Assembly: GCA_050253415.1 (NCBI GenBank)
Contig: JBFWJC010000006.1
Span: 96,001-160,000, forward strand
Length of the DNA stretch: 64,000 nt
From: Pedobacter sp.
GTDB lineage: Bacteria; Desulfobacterota; Desulfuromonadia; Desulfuromonadales; Syntrophotaleaceae
Reading direction: 5' to 3'
In this document: in pieces, positions 58,301-64,000 of the stretch
Numbering within the stretch: position 1 is the first letter of the stretch
Layout: every line of letters starts with the position of its first letter
Notes under the pieces: model-generated
Databases searched by the model: none
The model's input: the letters and a program-made list of their open reading frames with translations, nothing else
What the model was told of the DNA's origin: nothing
Made by a program: the position numbers and the translations under genes

Positions 58301-60292
58301 CTATATTCTCCGATACCGCGCTCCGCGGCGTTCTCCAATTTGACGAACTTTACCAAGCTCTTTCAACTGTCTGATTGCCCAGGTCCAGTCGGCGCTGCTG
58401 ACACGGGTTGCGGTAATAATTTCAGTGCGCGAATATTCATGCCCGGAGTCCATGCAATCAAGAATGATCTGAGGTATGTTCCCGCCATAAGTGGATTGCT
58501 GCGGTTCAGCAACGAATGATTGAGCAGGCTCTACCTTGACTCTGGCCTGTTTACGAACCTTGGGAGCCGGCTTTGGTTCAGCGGTTTTTAGGGTCGGATG
58601 TGGAACATGCGTCTTTGAGCTGTCCCTCTCCCACAAACACAGCTGGACAGTGGCCTCCATAAGTGTTTCGCTGTGCTGCCGAGCCTTTTCGAGTTTGGCT
58701 TCGAGTTCATCACACAGGGCCATGAGTTGGTCGACTTTGGCGACAATGCGTTTCTGTTCTGCTTCTGGTGGAAGCAATATGGCCATATTCATAAGAATTT
58801 TTTGGTTCAAGTTACTCATGGTGGAGCCAACAGAAGACTCTGATAAATAGTGCCTGACGGCATCAGAACTTATCAGTTTCACAAAATATGGGTTAAAAAT
58901 CATTTTCGACAGCCTGAGAATTACACTTCCCGTTCCACAGAGCCAACCTTCTTCATTCTCTGTCACAAGTGCACAGCGGCCCATCTCGCCACGACGAGCT
59001 AAAACTATGTCCATTCGCTGCAGCATAAAGCTAGATAGCCTATCGATGGTTTCTTCGCCCACAGCCATGTTTGAAAGTGGAGTAATTTTCCCATCTCTCA
59101 AACTTGCAGGGTTTATTACCGGTATTCCATTTTGGACATAATCAGACTTATGCAGAGAGCTTCCAAATGGGCCAGTTATAAGAGTTAGAGAGATATCTTC
59201 TAATCGACACCTCTCCCATCCATCCGGTTGAGTATGCGGTGGTTCAACTTCAGTAGAGGTAACTTCTATGCTTATCTTCCCTTTTCGGATAACCTTTTCT
59301 CTAAATAACCTCTCCTTCTCAGCCTTAATCCTCTCCAGCAAAACCGAAGCAGGCTCATCGTTGGGATCTTGGGGAACAAGTTTACCCTGAACCGCAAGTT
59401 GAAGGATGACGGCGCGGAGTTTGGCGATGGTTTCGGGGTGGTCGTAGAGCAGATCGAAGTTGTTACAGATGCGCTGCCAGTGATCGGCGAATTCTTCGGC
59501 TTCGCTGGCGTTGAGCAGTGAGTCGAGGGCCGCGTTGTTAAGGCGCATCCTTCCCTGCTGCTGTTTTTGCTGCCGGGCTTCAAGGTCGCTGCACAGGGCC
59601 ATGAGTTGGTCGACTTTGGCGACGATACGTTTTTGTTCTTCGATGGGGGGAAGAGGAATTGCAATTGAAACTAGCTTCGCCTGATTTAGCTTAGGCACCG
59701 TAATCCCTGTTATGTACTGCTGGAGATCCGAGCCAACAAGAACATAAACCAGAAATTGATCATCTACAACCGCCCTAATAGGCCGCAAAACGTGGGCATG
59801 GTTGTTCACCCATGTTTTCCCTGAAATGAGAAATGCCGTATTTTCACCCTGGTCCCATTTAGCACCATCCTCACCAACTAGCACCAATGGCTCATCAAAG
59901 ATAAATTCTGAAACATAATCGACTATCCCCGAAGCACCGTAATAAGGATAAGGGCCAGGCTTGCGGGCATGTTTAGTCACAGGTTTTCTGAGGCTGTCTA
60001 AAACTTCCACTATCTGTCCAAGCCTCACCCACGTCCAATTCGTCGGAATCGGGTAAGACTCGTCATCTGTCACTGAAGGCAACGACGTCGCCTTTGCGTT
60101 TGTTCTGGAATTTGAAAGTAACTCCTTCGATGATTCCAGTCTTTGAGAAATCGTTGCAGCAGCATCATCTGGGTGCTGCGGCACCAGCTTCCCCCGTACC
60201 GCAAGATGAAGAATAAGCTCCCGCAATTTCTGCACCCCGTTTGGGGCGTCTACAAAATGGTCGAAATTTGCAAAAAACGTCTCGATGGTCAT
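58301..60292 (-). CDS. hsdS: Type I R-M specificity subunit with C-terminal extension
   Basis: Two TRDs each followed by PP..EQKRIVAKVDQLMALC; GKLVPQDPNDEPAS. Confidence 0.93.
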   Translation of the reverse strand: MTIETFFANFDHFVDAPNGVQKLRELILHLAVRGKLVPQHPDDAAATISQRLESSKELLSNSRTNAKATSLPSVTDDESYPIPTNWTWVRLGQIVEVLDSLRKPVTKHARKPGPYPYYGASGIVDYVSEFIFDEPLVLVGEDGAKWDQGENTAFLISGKTWVNNHAHVLRPIRAVVDDQFLVYVLVGSDLQQYITGITVPKLNQAKLVSIAIPLPPIEEQKRIVAKVDQLMALCSDLEARQQKQQQGRMRLNNAALDSLLNASEAEEFADHWQRICNNFDLLYDHPETIAKLRAVILQLAVQGKLVPQDPNDEPASVLLERIKAEKERLFREKVIRKGKISIEVTSTEVEPPHTQPDGWERCRLEDISLTLITGPFGSSLHKSDYVQNGIPVINPASLRDGKITPLSNMAVGEETIDRLSSFMLQRMDIVLARRGEMGRCALVTENEEGWLCGTGSVILRLSKMIFNPYFVKLISSDAVRHYLSESSVGSTMSNLNQKILMNMAILLPPEAEQKRIVAKVDQLMALCDELEAKLEKARQHSETLMEATVQLCLWERDSSKTHVPHPTLKTAEPKPAPKVRKQARVKVEPAQSFVAEPQQSTYGGNIPQIILDCMDSGHEYSRTEIITATRVSSADWTWAIRQLKELGKVRQIGERRGARYRRI

Positions 60293-61257
60293 CAGTCGTT
60301 GCTCCGATTTATAAGATTGACGATGACCTTGACGATGGTGTCCTTCTCTTCGGGTCGGCTCTCGGCGATCAAGAGGGTGAGTGCCACCAGTGCGTTGTCC
60401 GCAAGGCGTTTGCTGCCGTCGGGTCGGTAGAGAATGCCGTTGCCTGCGAGGAAATAAATAAAGATGGCTGCGGCGATCCTCTTGTTGCCGTCTGTAAAGG
60501 CGTGGTTTTTGACGACGAAGTAGAGCAGATTGGCGCTCTTTTCCTCTATTGTCGGATAAACATCCTTGCCGTCAAAAGTCTGATAGACGGCACCGAGAGC
60601 GCTTTTGAATCCCTGGTCCTTCTCCTGTCCGAAGAGCCCGTCGAAATCCCCCTTCATGGAGTGAACGATCGAGATGGCTTCTCCGTATTCGAGCACGAAC
60701 CGTGCGGGACCGCTGGTCTCTTCGATGGTCAGGGTGCCGTGATCGTAACGGTCGAGGGTGGCCAGAGCATAGGCATAATCGGTGATGACCCTGAGAACAT
60801 CCCGACCGGTGGCGGTTACCAATTCCTGGTTGGCTAGGGTACGGGACAGAAGGTCGACAGTCTGCTGCATCTCCTTCAGCTTTGCACGCTCTTCGCGTAA
60901 GCGCTGCTCATTGAGAGTGTAGCCTTTGACAAGATGCTCGCGCAGCAGACGCGTTGCCCATTGCCGGAACTGGGTACCACGCTGCGATTTGACCCGGTAG
61001 CCAACGGAGATGATGACGTCAAGGTTATAAAAAACAACCGGTTTGTCGGAATTTGCAATATGCATTTTCTGCATATTGCTTTTCTCCTCCAGTTCGCCTT
61101 CCTTGAAAACATTACGAATATGACGGGAGAGAACGGACTGGTCACGTTGAAACAAGTCGACTAGTTGAGCTTGATTCAACCAGACCGTATCCTGCTGCAG
61201 ATGAACATCCAGTGTCGTTTTGCCATCTTCCGACTGATAGATAGTAATTTCAGGCAT
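60292..61257 (-). CDS. RhuM-Fic/Doc fusion protein
   Basis: YNLDVIISVGYRVKS.RGTQFRQWA and HAFTDGNKR. Confidence 0.9.
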   Translation of the reverse strand: MPEITIYQSEDGKTTLDVHLQQDTVWLNQAQLVDLFQRDQSVLSRHIRNVFKEGELEEKSNMQKMHIANSDKPVVFYNLDVIISVGYRVKSQRGTQFRQWATRLLREHLVKGYTLNEQRLREERAKLKEMQQTVDLLSRTLANQELVTATGRDVLRVITDYAYALATLDRYDHGTLTIEETSGPARFVLEYGEAISIVHSMKGDFDGLFGQEKDQGFKSALGAVYQTFDGKDVYPTIEEKSANLLYFVVKNHAFTDGNKRIAAAIFIYFLAGNGILYRPDGSKRLADNALVALTLLIAESRPEEKDTIVKVIVNLINRSND

Positions 61258-62707
61258 TGCCCCGGGCTCCCAGCGCATCCATCAACTCACGTTTCAGCGC
61301 CTCGCGCGTCTCGGCAACACTGGCAAGCATCGCCTTGTACTCCGCCAACAGTTCCTCGGGATCACCGTGGTCATCCTCGACGGTGTTGGGATTCTTGATA
61401 TCAAGGTTGTAGCCGTTTGCCTTGATCTGATCGACGGAGACCTTCCATGCTTGTTCGGTCTCTTTCCGATCCTCCCACCAGGCTTTTTCGAAATTGAACT
61501 CCTCAATACGCATCGGCTTGGTTTTGGAGTAGCTCTTGTACCCTTCGGGATACGGGTGCTCGTAGTACCAAACCTCTTTGGTCGGCTCCCCCTTGGTAAA
61601 GAACAGCAGGTTGGTCTTGATGCTTGTGTAGGGATTAAAGACACCATTCGGCAGACGCACGATGGTGTGCAGGTTGCATTCGTCGAGCAGCTTTTCCTTG
61701 ATCCGGGTCTTGACGCCTTCGCCGAACAGGGTGCCGTCGGGCAAAACGATCGCGGCGCGGCCACCATCCTTTAGCAGGTGCATGATAAGCACCAGAAACA
61801 GATCCGCGGTTTCACGGGTACGAAACGCAGCTGGGAAATTAGCCTCGATGCCGTCCTCTTCGGTGCCTCCGAAAGGGGGGTTGGTGACCACAACATCGAC
61901 CCGGTCCTTGGGGCCGTAGTTACGCAGGGGACGCGATAGTGTGTTGTCATGCCTGACCTGTGACGGAACTTCGACACCATGCAGCAGCATGTTGGTGGTG
62001 CAAAGTAGGTGCGGCAGTGCCTTTTTCTCTACGCCGTAAATCTGTTTTTGCAGGACCTGTTCACCGGCGGCGGTATTGACGTACTTGCCGCGGACATAAT
62101 CGATGGCGCAGGTGAGAAAACCGCCGGTACCGCAAGCCGGGTCAAGGATTTTCTCTCCAAGTTTCGGATCGACCATGTCGACCATAAATCGGGTGACGGC
62201 GCGCGGGGTGTAGAACTCCCCGGCATTGCCGGCACTTTGCAAATCTTTGAGGATCTGTTCATAGAAATCGCCGAACAGATGACGGTCCTCGGAGCGGTTG
62301 AAGTCGATCTCCTCGATCTTGTTGACCACCTGGCGGATGAGGGTGCCGTTTTTCATATAATTGTAGGCATCCTCGAAAACCGATTTGACCACCCGGGCGC
62401 GCCCGTTGGCGCCGACAGTCAGATCTATCTCCTTGAGGGTCTTGAACAGGGTGTTGTTGATGAATTCGAGCAACTCTTCGCCAGTAATTCCCTCGGGATC
62501 AGCGGCCCAGTTGCGCCAGCGCAGCTTTTCGGGAATCGGGGAGACATAGCCGTCCTGAAGAAGTTCTAACTCCTGCTCCTGGTCATCGAATATTTTCAGA
62601 AAAAACATCCATACAAGCTGACCGATGCGCTGGGCATCACCATCGACGCCTGCGTCTTTGCGCATGATGTCCTGAATCGTTTTAATAATGGTACTGCTGA
62701 GGGTCAC
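61250..62707 (-). CDS. hsdM: Type I R-M N6-adenine methyltransferase
   Basis: MRKDAGVDGD, GEFYTPR, DPACGTGGFL, NPPF. Confidence 0.96.
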   Translation of the reverse strand: MTLSSTIIKTIQDIMRKDAGVDGDAQRIGQLVWMFFLKIFDDQEQELELLQDGYVSPIPEKLRWRNWAADPEGITGEELLEFINNTLFKTLKEIDLTVGANGRARVVKSVFEDAYNYMKNGTLIRQVVNKIEEIDFNRSEDRHLFGDFYEQILKDLQSAGNAGEFYTPRAVTRFMVDMVDPKLGEKILDPACGTGGFLTCAIDYVRGKYVNTAAGEQVLQKQIYGVEKKALPHLLCTTNMLLHGVEVPSQVRHDNTLSRPLRNYGPKDRVDVVVTNPPFGGTEEDGIEANFPAAFRTRETADLFLVLIMHLLKDGGRAAIVLPDGTLFGEGVKTRIKEKLLDECNLHTIVRLPNGVFNPYTSIKTNLLFFTKGEPTKEVWYYEHPYPEGYKSYSKTKPMRIEEFNFEKAWWEDRKETEQAWKVSVDQIKANGYNLDIKNPNTVEDDHGDPEELLAEYKAMLASVAETREALKRELMDALGARGNA

Positions 62708-62848
62708 ACAAATCTCCTACAAGTAAACTTCCGTTTTTCCGCCTTGCAAAATCATCATATTTGCAACAGGACAGCCGGGGATAGAACCGATGGATCTTGA
62801 GGTCCCAAAATGGAACCTCAAGTTTATAACTGATTGATATTACGTGGG

Positions 62849-64000
62849 CTAAAGTACACCGTAGAGTTGATTTTCAAGCTCCTTTAGTGCCTGTTCAAAT
62901 TTTCTCCTGCCGCCGAAGGCCTTGACAATCTCCACCGGGGTACCGAAGCGCTCGAAGGGATGTACCCGCAGTACCTTCAAATCTTCGATATTCTCGATAC
63001 CTTCGTCGGCATATTTGTCCAGTAAAGAATCGAGGACCGCCCTGGCCTGCTCGCCGTACCGGGTGAAGTAGTTGCGTTTGCGCACATTCTCGGCACGCTC
63101 GCGCCGGGTCAGCGGTGGCTGGTCGAAGGCCACATGGCAGATAAGATCAAAAGGTCCAAAATCCTTACCTACTTCCTCGGCCAAAGGTTCCAACAGCACG
63201 CCCTGCTCTTCGAGCTCGCGGATTATAGCCTGTTTTTTGTCGGAGCTGTTCCATTTTTTCAAAAAAGCATCGAGAGAAGCGTACTCCTTACGCACGGTCG
63301 CTTTGGTGTAATCCTTAAGTGATTCGGTGATAAGCTTACCGTCGTTTCCATAGTACTGGACCCGCTCGGCGACTACAAATACGGGCACGTCACCGACCAC
63401 GTATTTTCTCGGGGAAGTGGTTTCATCGTCCGGCGGGTCTGGGATCGGAGGGTCTCCGGTACCGCCGTTCTCCTCATCCCCAGGCTCATCGGGAGGCACA
63501 GGCGGATCGCCTGGGCCAGGGACAAAAATGACCACCGGATCACCGTCGAAATCCGGATCGGCAAAAAGTTCGGTGGCCTTTTTGAAATCCATTATGGTGA
63601 AGTAAAACTTGCCGTAATCCTCTTTGATGCGGGTCCCCCGACCGATGATCTGTTTAAAGGTGGTCATCGACTGAATGGTCTGGTCGAGAACAATAAGCTT
63701 GCAGGTCTGAGCATCGATGCCGGTGTTCATAAGGCGCGAGGTCGTAGCGATGACCGGATAGCGGCTCTCCGGGTCGATAAAGTTGTCCAGTTCCATCTTG
63801 CCGAGAGCGTCGTCACCGGTGATTTTCATGACATATTTGCTGTTGTCGGCGGCCAAATCAGCATTCTGATTGACCAAGGACTTGCGCATCCGCTCGGCAT
63901 GATCGATGTCTTCGCAGAAAACGATGGTCTTGTCGAAACGGTCATTGGCTTTGAGAAACTCCGTGACTTTGCGAGCCACCAGGTCGGTGCGCTGTTCAAG
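62849..64000 (-). CDS. hsdR: Type I restriction subunit (EcoEI/type IB-like), 3' part only
   Basis: [24 protein letters not shown], EcoEI-type C-terminal domain; runs off the right edge. Confidence 0.93.
   Translation of the reverse strand, partial: LEQRTDLVARKVTEFLKANDRFDKTIVFCEDIDHAERMRKSLVNQNADLAADNSKYVMKITGDDALGKMELDNFIDPESRYPVIATTSRLMNTGIDAQTCKLIVLDQTIQSMTTFKQIIGRGTRIKEDYGKFYFTIMDFKKATELFADPDFDGDPVVIFVPGPGDPPVPPDEPGDEENGGTGDPPIPDPPDDETTSPRKYVVGDVPVFVVAERVQYYGNDGKLITESLKDYTKATVRKEYASLDAFLKKWNSSDKKQAIIRELEEQGVLLEPLAEEVGKDFGPFDLICHVAFDQPPLTRRERAENVRKRNYFTRYGEQARAVLDSLLDKYADEGIENIEDLKVLRVHPFERFGTPVEIVKAFGGRRKFEQALKELENQLYGVL

Noticed and set aside
62796..62822. CTTGAGG..CCTCAAG palindrome between hsdR and hsdM as an inversion site
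   Set aside because: Single short hairpin with no partner site or invertase in view.

Overview
The window looks like chromosomal DNA of an anaerobic Desulfuromonadales-type deltaproteobacterium. This is inferred from gene content (HydE, c-type cytochrome lipoprotein, Geobacter/Pelobacter-style short-unit palindromes), not proven. Left to right: (1) 1-13.9 kb, a minus-strand copper-resistance cluster (CusCBA, P1B ATPase, PII-like, Met-rich and tiny membrane proteins), bracketed by two paralogous HxC..CC..CxxL leader-type ORFs. (2) 14-19 kb, ThiS/MoaD-ThiF-metY-cysK, divergent from an orphan hydE with a structured 5' leader. (3) 19-24.5 kb, a yybP-ykoY Mn riboswitch ahead of htpX-terC-P-type ATPase. 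(4) 24.7-41.7 kb, mostly housekeeping or accessory genes (nadA, DUF3343, Cys desulfurase, Rrf2, glucan phosphorylase, shikimate kinase, yciH). (5) 41.7-56.4 kb, a mosaic of unrelated genes and gene stumps (asnB x2, rhuM, fic). Nearly every junction there carries a REP-like GTCCC(C)/GACCC(C) end or hairpin, and the region ends at a 5'-half tRNA-Thr(CGU). (6) 56.5-64 kb, a defence block: type I R-M, RhuM-Fic/Doc and a GmrSD-like protein. The strongest candidates for something new are the REP-end-delimited cassette-like array, the paired copper leader peptides and the RBS-sequestering hydE leader. All assignments come from motif recognition by eye; no searches were run.
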